Source of the DNA: Eledone cirrhosa
Lineage: Eukaryota
Direction of reading: 5' to 3'
NCBI GenBank assembly: GCA_964016885.1
Contig: OZ024751.1
Span: 17,174,001-17,238,000, forward strand
Length of the DNA: 64,000 nucleotides
Position numbers and translations under genes: made by a program
Shown here: one piece after another, positions 14,456-25,778 of the stretch
How the letters are laid out: the number at the start of each line of letters is the position of its first letter
Position numbering within the stretch: the stretch's first letter is position 1
The notes under the pieces: model-generated
Seen by the model: only the letters and a program-made list of their open reading frames with translations
Told to the model about the DNA's origin: nothing
Databases searched by the model: none

Positions 14456-14528
<73 letters not shown>

Positions 14529-15123
14529 AGGTAAATTAACGGAGTCATAGACTCGTTATTCCCTGTAAATTATGTGCTTAAAGGAAAAAAAACCTAAAAT
14601 ACAATATGTAGAAAGGCACCCTTTGTGTGTAAAGTTTCATCAGGATGGGATCACTGGTTATACAAAGTTACACAGACAGAAATTGCCATTCATATAGTAA
14701 ATGTTGTTAAGCAAATGTAGTTGTTGAAGTAAGATACCTTTGAAGTTATTATATCAACCAGTATTTGTTGCATCTAATTATATTTCACCTTAAGTTTTCT
14801 CACTCAAGTAAAGCATTATAATATTAACTAGAAACCTAAGCAGATGTGTCTGCAGTGAGCAAGGGGATACATTACAGAAATGGAATATTCTTCGTGACGT
14901 TTCCTAAATTAGGCTCATCTGTTCTATTACTCTAATTAGAGATTATGGATGTCAGAAGTGTCAAAATAGTGAAATTGATGTCGGAAACATGTTTATCTAA
15001 TGAGCAACAGGCGGTTCGAGGTGAAACAGTCTAGTATTTTATATATTTGTGACGAACACATTTCTGAATTGTTCTTATATCATTTTAGTGTTTTTTGTTT
15101 TCAGCCTTTAAATTAATGCCACC

Positions 15124-15196
15124 ATGATTTTGGTATCGCTTATAAAGACCAAGCACTTATTAATAAGATTGGCTCTTATCGTATCAATGATTCTAA
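15124..15196 (+). CDS. Candidate first coding exon with signal-peptide-like sequence MILVSLIKTKHLLIRLALIVSMIL
   Basis: Acceptor gttttttgttttcag at 15104, GCCACCATG at 15118-15126, upstream in-frame TAA, donor A|gtaaga at 15197 (phase 1). No homology evidence. Confidence 0.3.
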
Positions 15197-16028
15197 GTAA
15201 GAGTGCATAAAGGAATAAAGATGTTGACTCTCATACACAAACGTCCCCTACCCCCATATATATAGACCCTCCTCTACCTGTTTTGCTCGATCTGTGGTCC
15301 CACCACGTTTTGATATCTACTCTCCACTTCTGTCACTTCCCTTTTTCCTCTCTCTCGTTCTCTCTCCCTCTCTCTATCCATCTGCTCGCTTTCGATCGTT
15401 TATGACATGCATCACACATGTCGTAAAATTCCTCTGGTTTCGATCGTTTACGACACGTTTTACAACAGTCGTAAAACTCTTTTGGATCATCTCCCTCTCC
15501 CTTCTCCCTCTCACTTCCGGTTGCTCCGTCTCTCTCTCTCTCTCTCTCTCTTTCTTTCTCGCTCCACTTCGATTGACTTGACACGGTAACACTGGGCTCC
15601 TGTTATCGCACCCTCCAGACTTACGTTTAATCGGTACGCTATAACTTATTCTATCCGATTTTTTCCTCGATTACTCACTTGCATGTTCCATTGTCCTGTG
15701 TGCCCCCCCCCAATCTGATCTGTTTACCTGTTTTTCTCTTTCTTCCTCTCTCCTCACTACCCTTCCCTTTTTTTTCTTCTGTCTTTTCTTCTTTTGTTTA
15801 TCTTTTTTCCTTCCTTTTTCTTTTTCTACACTCCTGTCCTTTTCATTGAGAAAAGGCCTTGGGGACATCGCTGATCGCTTTAGATGTCCTGTATTAAGCG
15901 CTGAAACATCTTGATCTCGGTTTTACAGTTAAAGAAGGATTTCTTCTCTTCTTTTCTTTTCTTCCCTTGCTTCGACTATACTACCATCTTAAACTTTGTT
16001 TACAGTAACCACACATATCGTTTCGATT

Positions 16029-16069
<41 letters not shown>

Positions 16070-16168
16070 CGTTTGTGAATTTGTTTTGCAGAAACTTATA
16101 ATAGATTGAAGTGAAAACAACAGGTGCGTGTGTTTTTATTGGTAACATGACACTCCCCTCCCAAAGTA

Positions 16169-16203
<35 letters not shown>

Positions 16204-16205
<2 letters not shown>

Positions 16206-16391
16206 CAAAGAGGGTGTGGTAATATAGCAGGTGGACCATAACGCACCAGAGTACTCGATACTTGGGGTAGTAGAGTGGGTAATATGAAAACATCCAAGAA
16301 CCTGACGGCTGAGTTCCGGTGGTTTCAACAGCTAGATCCGAGAATCTAGCTGTGGAAATGCCCGGGGGTCAGCCATTGGTGTCCTGTATCT

Positions 16392-16396
<5 letters not shown>
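16204..16396. mobile_element. Family P copy 5 (diverged)
   Basis: GGTGGACCATAACGCACCAGAGTACTCGATACTTGGGGTAGTAGAGTGGGTAAT plus degenerate palindrome. Confidence 0.8.
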
Positions 16397-16432
<36 letters not shown>

Positions 16433-16514
16433 AATAAAATACAGGGTTACTAACTCTTATTGATACTCTGTAATTAACAAGCTCAAAGTATAAATACTGA
16501 GCCTTATATAATTC

Positions 16515-16704
16515 TGGATTGGCAGTATCGGTAGAGGGCCGGACGCCATGCTTTGCAGCAAAGAGTTACGGCCCTTTATGATCTGATCTGAGTTTAAATC
16601 CCGCCGAGGTTAACTTTGCCTTTCATCCTTACGAAGTCGATAAAATAAAGTACCAGTAATGCACTGGGTAATTGCTGGCCTTGTGCCAAAAGTAGAAACA
16701 ATTA
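16515..16704 (+). mobile_element. SINE, short subfamily
   Basis: Family match. Confidence 0.92.
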
Positions 16705-16989
16705 TATAATAATATATGTAGAAATCAACACAGTAAATTGTGTGTCTAAAATTACGAGGGTTGAAATACCACATTGGTTTGATAAATTTAACCTGAAGCA
16801 AACGGAAGATATAGAATAAATCTACAGACCGTCTCAAAAACTCTTTCATCTCTCGGACTGATTAGAGATTTAATGTTTCGCCCTGAAAATTGTGTTTGTA
16901 ACAGATAATCCGTAGTCATTCCTCAGCAAGAGACAAGATTAAATGGAACAAGCACATAGAACTAAAAGCCACACGAATGGATATCTCAC

Positions 16990-17028
16990 CTCGTGCGCTG
17001 GACGTTAGAAGTGGTGTGAGTGGATATC
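16990..17028 (-). other. Candidate 39-nt exon
   Basis: ctattgtttttag|GATATCC...CGCACGAG|gtgaga; lies downstream of the candidate minus-strand promoter. Confidence 0.3.
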
Positions 17029-17432
17029 CTAAAAACAATAGCCTTAATTCACCCAACTTATAAGCTCACCTAGTTAGGGAGCCGAAATACAATAAAATAC
17101 ATGTATATATATAAAATATCTAAAATACAAATAGATATATATATAATGAATAAAAACATTTACTCTTGTCACATCACAATGTCACACCACAATACAAACG
17201 AAATCTCATACGTTTATATTATTCGTGAACTGATATTGCAAAATAGCAAACGAGAGAAGCATAAAACACACATAGACAAGACAAACACAAAAAACACATA
17301 CACACACACATTCAAGGGCGCACGAGCACGAAAGAGATCGAGTAAACGTTTACGACCAGGAAACAAATGAGGCACAAAACAGATATTCATTGAGGAGGTC
17401 ACACAATGTGTGACGAAAAAAGTTTGACGAAC

Positions 17433-17469
17433 GACTGAATATTCCAGATTTAATCGCGTACTTTTTATA
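17433..17469 (-). promoter_or_regulatory. Candidate Pol II core promoter (TATA + Inr)
   Basis: Minus strand TATAAAAAG (17469-17461) about 33 nt before TCAGTC (A at 17436), in a non-repetitive, CpG-richer stretch. Confidence 0.4.
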
Positions 17470-18159
17470 GGTTCTCTCAAGTAGAAACTCAACTATAGGT
17501 GAAAAACAACCGTTTTATTAATTAGGTATTAGATTGTCATGTATTCAGCAGAGTCGTTAGAACGTTAGATATGTGTCCTTATCTCTTAGCTATAAGCTCA
17601 AATCCTAACCTGACTTTGCATCCGTTTCTTTGGGTGTCCATAAGTAAATGTACATGACCCGTGTGTGTACAGCTCTCTCTCTTCTATGAGTCCTCTGAAT
17701 TAAAGATGAGAAAATCGAGAGGGTGATTTAATTTACTCCCAACTATACTCGCTAGTGAATGCCGGCGGTAAGAGTAGCTGATAATGAAGAATAGCTTAAC
17801 ATCTTTTGGATATGGAGCATGGATAAATATTTGATTTATATTAATTAGTTATGCTATTTTACTGGATATGTATTATTTCTAAGGGAATTCATTTGGCAGA
17901 TACACTCGTAGTAACGTTATAAACACACTTGATTCGGATAATTAAGATATCTAGACATATTATTTGCCTAATATCAGTATAACTTACTATAATGATGTTT
18001 TCGTGAAGTAGAAAGTTATCGTATATATCTTTCTATTTAATACATACAATGCTGGTTGAAAATCTCATAACGTTAGGCTCATTAATTTAGTAAAAGAATT
18101 CTTGCGTAGAGAAAAGAAAATTCGCACCATTGTATGTAATTCCTTATGAAATCATAATA

Positions 18160-18341
18160 TAATTGTCTCTACATTTGGTACAAGGCAAGCAATTATCCCA
18201 CTGCATTACTGGTACTTTATTTTATCGACCCCGTAAGGATGAAAGGCAAAGTTAACCTCGGTGGGATTTGAACTCAGACCGGAAAGGGACATAAGTCTTT
18301 GCTGGAAAGCATGGTATCTAACATTCTACCGACACTCTGCG
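18160..18341 (-). mobile_element. SINE, short subfamily
   Basis: Family match, reverse strand. Confidence 0.9.
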
Positions 18342-18393
18342 CCGTCTGTACTGTTTTTCTTCGTGTTAACACTTGTGGCCAATAAAGAAAACA

Positions 18394-18576
18394 GTGGATT
18401 GGCAGTATCGGTAGAGGGTCGGACGCCATGCTTTGACGCATAGAGTTACGGTCTTTGCCATTCTGAGTTCAAATCCCGCCGAGGTTAACTTTGCCTTTCA
18501 TCATAACGGGGTCGATGAAATAAAGTACCAGTACTGCACTGGGATAATTGGTGGCCTTGTGCCAAAAGTAGAAACA

Positions 18577-18632
<56 letters not shown>
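18394..18632 (+). mobile_element. SINE, short subfamily with (TTA)n tail
   Basis: Family match followed by about 50 bp of (TTA)n. Confidence 0.92.
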
Positions 18633-18701
18633 CATCATTATATATACCATATAAACCATGGTCATTAGTGACATATGGGGTTATATATATATATATATAT
18701 A

Positions 18702-19003
18702 AGAACATGATTTTTTTTCAAAATGAAAAAAAACGAGATGTCCTACACGAGTGAAAGTAGAAGGAAAACAGATGAAATCGAAAAAAATGCAACTGGAGTC
18801 TTTTTAAGAATATTTATTTGTTTCCTTTACCGGTTTCACAGTTTTTATGCTTTTCAAAAGTAGAATTGAGATGGAGGGTTTGTGGTTTTTCTCCCTCCAT
18901 CTCAATTCAACTTTTGAAAAGCATAAAAACTGTGAAACCGGTAAATAAAACAAATAAATATTCTTAAAAAGAATCCAGTTGTATTTTCGATTACATCTTT
19001 TTT

Positions 19004-19005
<2 letters not shown>
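18702..19005. mobile_element. PLE-type fold-back (single arm also at 20712-20860)
   Basis: Arms about 18763-18878 and 18893-19005; contains GAAA-CCGG-TA, a hammerhead 3' half with palindromic helix III. Confidence 0.7.
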
Positions 19006-19051
<46 letters not shown>

Positions 19052-19280
19052 TTCCGTCTTGAAGAGACGTGTGGTCGAAGACACTCAGGATACCCCTCCT
19101 CCTGTCACTCAAATTGTGATTGGTCGGAATATTGATGAATAGATAGCATTACACAAGTGAAACCGTTGGTACCAGCTGCATGTAGTGAGGGTAGCTTTCA
19201 GAAAGGGTGATATTGTTAGCGTACTCTTTAAAGATGCTGTCCAAAAGAACACGACAAATCGAACGTTGCATGGCAACAGT

Positions 19281-19695
19281 GTTGATTTAATCAATATTTT
19301 TTTTTTTAAATTGAGAGACCACTGGTGTTTAACGAAGGATGGCTGGAAAGTTGAAATGAAGCATGCCATGCAAATATCAGTATTTTAATATATGTAAAAT
19401 ATGTGTAGATGTTTGTGTGAGATGTACTAATGAAATTTCTTTCAGAGACGTGCTTAAAATATAAATATACACACTTGAATAGACAAACACACATACACAC
19501 ACACAAATATATATATATATGCATATATATATATGCATATATATATATTTATATATATATATAGGGTGGAGTGTGGAGAGGATGAGTGCGATTGTATATT
19601 GTATTTAATTGTTCTCGTATTATTTTCATTTTGTCATATATACATATGTATGAATATATATATATATATGTATACATATATCTACATACTATAAG

Positions 19696-19743
<48 letters not shown>

Positions 19744-19790
19744 AGGTGTGTCTGTGTACAGTTACACATATACATAAACATACGTATATA

Positions 19791-19874
<84 letters not shown>

Positions 19875-20214
19875 TATATATATATGTATATATATATATG
19901 CATATATATATATGTATATATATATATATGCATATATATATATATATATATATATACATGCATATATATATATATGCATATATATATATTTGTGTGTGTG
20001 TATGTGTGTTTGTCTATTCGAGTGTGTATATTTATATTTTAAGCACGTCTTTGAAAGAAATTTCATTAGTACATCTCACACAAACATCTACACATATTTT
20101 ACATATATTAAAATACTGATATTTGCATGGCATGCTTCATTTCAACTTTCCAGCCATCCTTCGTCAAACACCAGTGGTCTCTCAATTTAAAAAAAATATA
20201 TTGAGCAAATCAAT
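19281..20214. repeat. Long inverted repeat, about 260-bp arms
   Basis: 19281-19545 is the reverse complement of about 19955-20214, with few mismatches. Confidence 0.9.
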
Positions 20215-20219
20215 ACACA

Positions 20220-20289
<70 letters not shown>

Positions 20290-20330
20290 CGAAAGATAAG
20301 TCAATTCCATGAACTCATAATCCTTTATTT

Positions 20331-20386
20331 ACTGCTATATGTATTTAGATGATAGCCATTGAATGTCTATGATCTCATCAGGCAGT
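20331..20386 (-). ncRNA. Hammerhead remnant (GAAA to TAAA)
   Basis: ACTGC-CTGATGA-GAT...ATC-TAAA-TACATA-TA-GCAGT then AATAAA. Confidence 0.6.
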
Positions 20387-20458
20387 TAGTTAGTTCTTAG
20401 ATATGCCAGCTCTGTGTTTATAGTGTTGATGGTATCAGAGCCTTGGGACATATCTATA

Positions 20459-20494
<36 letters not shown>

Positions 20495-20497
20495 GTT

Positions 20498-20617
20498 TTA
20501 ATATAGATGAGATTCTACAGGACTAGAACTGTTTCATTCTTTAGAAATCATGAGAGATTCCTGATGATTTCTAAAGAATGAAACAGTTCTAGTCCGGTAG
20601 AATCTCATCTATATTAA
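20498..20617. mobile_element. Fold-back with hammerhead core lacking a proper helix I
   Basis: About 54-bp arms; right arm CTGATGA-TTTCTAAAGAAT-GAAA-CAGTTCTAG-TC. Confidence 0.6.
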
Positions 20618-20858
20618 CACTTTTATACTCTGCAATCTATTGAGTACCTTACTTACTGTGGTTACCTCCGATTCAACCCGGAATAACGTATATATATATA
20701 TATATATATATAGGAGAAAGTGAGGTTTTTTACAAAATGAAAAATAACCGAGGTGTTGTACAGGAGTGAAAGTATAAAGAATAAAAGCTGAAATCGAAAA
20801 TGCAACTGGCGTCTTATTTAAAAAAAATATATATATATTTATTTGGTTCCTTTACCTT

Positions 20859-20899
<41 letters not shown>

Positions 20900-20967
20900 C
20901 TCCAAAAACAACGGTCAATTTTTAAAAGGGGTACGTCAATGTCTATTTATAAAACTGTTATATATTG

Positions 20968-21032
20968 TATTTTGTCTGATGAAGGCATACCATAATGTAA
21001 CTTGGTATCCTTGAAATATATATAATGAAATA
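20968..21032 (+). ncRNA. Type I hammerhead ribozyme, canonical core
   Basis: TATTTTGT-CTGATGA-AGGCATACCA...TGGTATCCTT-GAAA-TATATA-TA-ATGAAATA; second copy at 34833-34897. Confidence 0.8.
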
Positions 21033-21071
21033 AATATGGTTTTATAAATATAGTTTCCATTTATTAATATC

Positions 21072-21116
<45 letters not shown>

Positions 21117-21167
21117 CGGGTGAGGTGATAGAGGTTATAGGGTTCATAGAGAAGCATTCACCCCAAC

Positions 21168-21470
21168 ATATTTACATGCATTAACATTCAATTTTGATAA
21201 TTTTATCTTATTATGATGACGACGGTGATGATGGTGGTGGTGGTGGTGGTGGTGTTGGCGGGCGATAGGGGCGACGATGATGGTGATGATGATGATGTTG
21301 ATAATAATGGTGATGATGATGTCGACGCTGATGGTAGTGGTGGTGGTGGGTAATAGTGGCGACGACGAACGATGACGTTGTTGGTGATAGTGAAAGTGAT
21401 GATGGTGATGGTAACGATGGCGATGTCGATGATGATGATCTTTATTATGATGATGATGTTACAGATAATG
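21168..21470. repeat. Degenerate (GAT/GGT)n trinucleotide tract
   Basis: Directly visible low-complexity sequence. Confidence 0.85.
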
Positions 21471-21471
21471 A

Positions 21472-21503
21472 TTCTTCTTCTTCTTCTTCTTCTTCTTCTT
21501 CTT

Positions 21504-21534
<31 letters not shown>

Positions 21535-22020
21535 GTATTGTTCTTTGAGTCTCAGTCATTGATGTTAGTTAACTGGAAAGTTTGTTGAAATGAATATCAA
21601 GCCACTACCTGCAGCCTCAGATATTCAGGACGTATCGGAGGGTTCTTGCTGTTCGCAGCAAGCATGCCGTTTGAAGCGTTCCAAAAAGCGTGGCGGGGCC
21701 AATTTTCTTTAACCATCCCTGGAAACTTTTTGAGATAGTACCTAGTGCGCCTATGACAGTTCCAAATACTTTTTACCTCCCACTTTAAGTCCTGGTATCG
21801 GTTAATTTTCTCCCTCTCCTTCTCTTGCACTCTTGTGTCGAATGGGCAGGCCACATCCACAATCAGGCACGATCTTTTTTCTTTGTCCATAAACACCAGG
21901 TCAGGTCTATTGTGTTCCAGTTTCTTGTCCGTCTGTATCCTAAACTCCCACAGCACCTTCACCTGATCGTTTTCTATCACCGGCTCTGGCTTATGCTCAT
22001 ACCACTTCTCAGAATGTGGT
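21472..22020 (-). mobile_element. 5'-truncated R4/Dong-type non-LTR retrotransposon, restriction-like endonuclease domain
   Basis: KWYEHKPEPVIEN..VLWEFRIQTD..EHNRPDLV..IVDVACPFD..KEREKINRYQDL, then after a frameshifting deletion VIGALGTISK..LQTACLLRTARTLRYVLNI*; short 3'UTR, (AAG)n tail, 5' junction in (TAA)n. Confidence 0.9.
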
Positions 22021-22540
22021 ATTATTATTATTATTATTATTATTATCATCATCGTCACGTAACTGACGACCATGACAATATCAATAATTTCCTCAACAAC
22101 TATATAAGTAGATGATAACAAGTATTTTACTTTATAAAGTTTATTAACAATAGAAAACTTGTTAAACAAATCTTACACAATTCAACATTACAGGAAACAT
22201 CCAAAGATTATTGTAGGAGATTAGATATGAGCAGGAATCGGTAGAAGGTTATATATAACAGCCATACATATATAGCTGGTTTTCGTTCCTTTCTTAATAT
22301 TCTCTGCTTCTCACAATTTATACTGTTTTTATCATTTATTATCTTTACAAACAGACACACAGATACACACACACACGCGCGCACACTCACACATTCTCAA
22401 ACATAAACACGTAAACACGCACACACACAAACATGAAACGCACATAAACAGGGACAATGAACCTGTGGTGAAGCACTCTCGGCGTCACGGCATTTCAGCT
22501 GGCCTTAGAAATGCATTCCTTCTTTCCTCGTATATATAAA

Positions 22541-22685
22541 TAATTGTTTCTACAATAGGCACAAGGCCAGCAATTATCCCAGCGTATTACTGGTAATTTA
22601 TTTTATCGACCCCCGTTAGGATGAAAGGCAAAGTTAACCTCGACGGGATTTGAACTCAGAATGGCAAGCGCCGTAAATCTATGCG
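22541..22685 (-). mobile_element. SINE, 5'-truncated
   Basis: Family match. Confidence 0.85.
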
Positions 22686-22897
22686 TAGGAATTGACGGAC
22701 CCAGCATATTTATCAATGCCAGTACTGGTTGTATCTCAGCGTACTCCATGGGCAATGTAAGATACATTACCAGAGTATACACATAGTTATTTGCTTCAAC
22801 ACAACACACGTAAAACGGGTGCCTATAATGGCTCCCGGACTCGAGTTTAATGCCGCACTAATATATATATACTTGTATATGTGTGTGTAATATATGG

Positions 22898-22962
<65 letters not shown>

Positions 22963-23091
22963 ATTATTATATATATATATACGTATGTAAACATACAACC
23001 ATATATTGCACACACACACACAAATGTGTGTGTGTATATATATATATACACACATATATGTGTGTGTGTGTGTAATATATGGTTATATGTT

Positions 23092-23146
<55 letters not shown>

Positions 23147-23410
23147 GTATATAAACATATAACCACATATTACACGCACTCACATATGTGTGTGTGTGTG
23201 AATGTATATATATATATATATATATAAATTTTTCAGGCTTGACTGGCCTTCTTCAGGACGGTCCCTCCCATCGCTTGCAGCTCCTGGACTTGAAAACAGT
23301 CCAGAATATATAGTTTTCATGCGGTGATTAATCTCATTTGAAGTTGCATAAGTTGGCTCAACTTACAATAGAAGAGTCTATTATAAGTTGAGCCAACTTA
23401 TGTAGGAGTA

Positions 23411-23448
23411 CGAACTGAGGATCCGCTAAGGTGAAACAATTGTTCTCG
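23411..23448 (+). ncRNA. Minimal hammerhead, weak helix I
   Basis: CTGAGGA-TCCGCTAAGGT-GAAA-CAATTG-TT; preceded by a hairpin at 23347-23402 and a truncated minus-strand core (CTGAAGA-AGGC..GCCT-GAAA) at 23231-23256. Confidence 0.5.
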
Positions 23449-23676
23449 GTATGGTAAACTAACTGTTGTGTTACCACTTCTACCTAACTCGTCCCATGGA
23501 CTGAGTGCTCTACCACTACTGATATTACCTTCCAGTGTTCTACCTATCTCTCTCTCTCCCCCCCTCTCTCTTTCCTTTCTCCCACTCTCTCTCTATCTCT
23601 CTCTATATATATATATGTATATCTGTGTGGTGTGTGTATGTGTGTGTATGTACATATATATATATGCATGTAAGTG

Positions 23677-23713
<37 letters not shown>

Positions 23714-23727
23714 GTGTGCGTGTGTAA

Positions 23728-23790
<63 letters not shown>

Positions 23791-23885
23791 TTAGAGCAAA
23801 CATCACGGGCGCTCTATCTCAAATTTATTTTTGAAAAGCATTAGAAATGCGCAACCGGTAAAACCTTAAAATTAAAACTGAATAC

Positions 23886-24437
23886 TAACCAATACTTATT
23901 ACTAATTTATCGTCCCCGTAAGGATGAAAGGCAACGCTAACCTCGTCGGGATTTGAACTCAGAACACAAAGCATGCTGTCCGAAGCATGCTCTACCGATA
24001 ATGGTTTCTTATATAGGCACAACGCCAGCAAATTTGGGGGAGGGGAAAGTCGATTAAATCGACTGCAGTGCATGACTGGTACTTTATTTTATCGACCCCA
24101 TAAGGATGACAGACAAATTTAACCTCGGTGAGATTTGAACTCAGATCATAAAAGGCCGTAACTCTATGTTGCAAAGCATGGCGTCCGACCCTCTACCGAT
24201 TCTGCCAATCCGCTGCCCTCCTTACATCAAATAATTGTTTCGACTTTAGGCACAAGGCCAGCAATTATCCAGTACATTACTGGTACTTTATTTTATCGAC
24301 CCCGTAAGGATGAAAGGCAAAGTCAACCTCGGCGGGATTTGAACTCAGATCGTAAAGGGACGTAACTATGCTGGAAAGCATGGAGTCCGACCCTCTACCG
24401 ATACTACCAATCCACTGCCCTCCTTACATCAAATAAT
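23886..24437 (-). mobile_element. Three head-to-tail SINEs
   Basis: Truncated copy 23886-23998, long-subfamily copy 23999-24219, short-subfamily copy 24232-24421 flanked by a 17-bp duplication TCCTTACATCAAATAAT (24219-24235, 24421-24437). Confidence 0.9.
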
Positions 24438-25268
24438 GAGGACAAACATGACTTCGTTAATCAGCAGATGCCCATCAATGTAAGGGAAAAGAAAGTTGAT
24501 TATATCGACCCTGGTCCTTAATTAGTATTAACGATCCCAAAGGGATGAAAGGCAAAGTTGACTTTTTGTGGATTACAACTCAGAATGTAAAAAACAAGAA
24601 AGAAAAAATAAAACAAAAGAAAAACCAAGCAAATGTCGCAAAGCATTCAGGCTTAAGGTCAACAATTATTTTCGATGCGGGTGGATAAGATGGTTTCGTG
24701 AAGCTTAGTACTAGTTTGGGACACTTCGAGCTCGGAATAATAAAAGGCGAAGTTGATTTCAACGCAATTTGCACTCAGAACGTAAAGAACTGTTCTTAAA
24801 TACTACAAGGTTTTTTGCGGAATGCTCTTGTAATTCTACCAAATATCTGCCACAAGGGGACAGCTTTGATTACACTATATTTTGGTTTAACTTGGGAAAG
24901 CCTTACATTTTGTGATGCGTAATCAGATGTACGAGGATTAAACAAGAATGAAATTAAGATAGTAATATGTAACCAGATCGATTTAATTTCGTCTAGCGTC
25001 ATTGATCATGCAATATGTCGAGATAACTAGAAACCAAGAATATACATCAATTCTTGGTTAAAGCTATTTAACTTCAATTAAAATGGTAAATGCCCAATAT
25101 CCTTCCATCGCCTTCCTTAAAATACTATAACTTATGGTGATATAACGAATATAATAATCGATGATTCATTTCTAAAAGATATAAAGTTATTTATGATTGC
25201 TTAACACCTAAGTATAGACTGTGTTTGTTTGGGTCGTTAAAATGTCAGGGATAAAGCTTCAACGTATT

Positions 25269-25778
25269 TGTGCCGGCTCCCTTTGTTCAAATCCAGCTGA
25301 GCTCTACTTTGCAATTCATTGTGCCGGCTCCCTTTGTTCAAATCCAGCTGAGCTCTACTTTGCAATTCATTGTGCCGTCTCACTTTGTTCAAATCCAGCT
25401 GAGCTCTACTTTGCAATTCATTGTGCCGGCTCCCTTTGTTCAAATCCAGCTGAGCTCTACTTTGCAATTCACTGTGCCGGCTCCCTTTGTTCAAATCCAG
25501 CTGAGCTCTACTTTGCAATTCATTGTGCCGGCTCCCTTTGTTCAAATCCAGCTGAGCTCTACTTTGCAATTCATTGTGCCGTCTCACTTTGTTCAAATCC
25601 AGCTGAGCTCTACTTTGCAATTCATTGTGCCGGCTCCCTTTGTTCAAATCCAGCTGAGCTCTACTTTGCAATTCACTGTGCCGGCTCCCTTTGTTCAAAT
25701 CCAGCTGAGCTCTACTTTGCAATTCATTGTGCCGGCTCCCTTTGTTCAAATCCAGCTGAGCTCTACTTTGCAATTCAT
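25269..25778 (+). repeat. Minisatellite, 10 x 51 bp, derived from an old SINE B-box region
   Basis: Unit TGTGCCGGCTCCCTTTGTTCAAATCCAGCTGAGCTCTACTTTGCAATTCAT; the last unit continues into SINE-like TCTTTCGATGACGATAAAACAAAGTACCAG. Confidence 0.95.
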
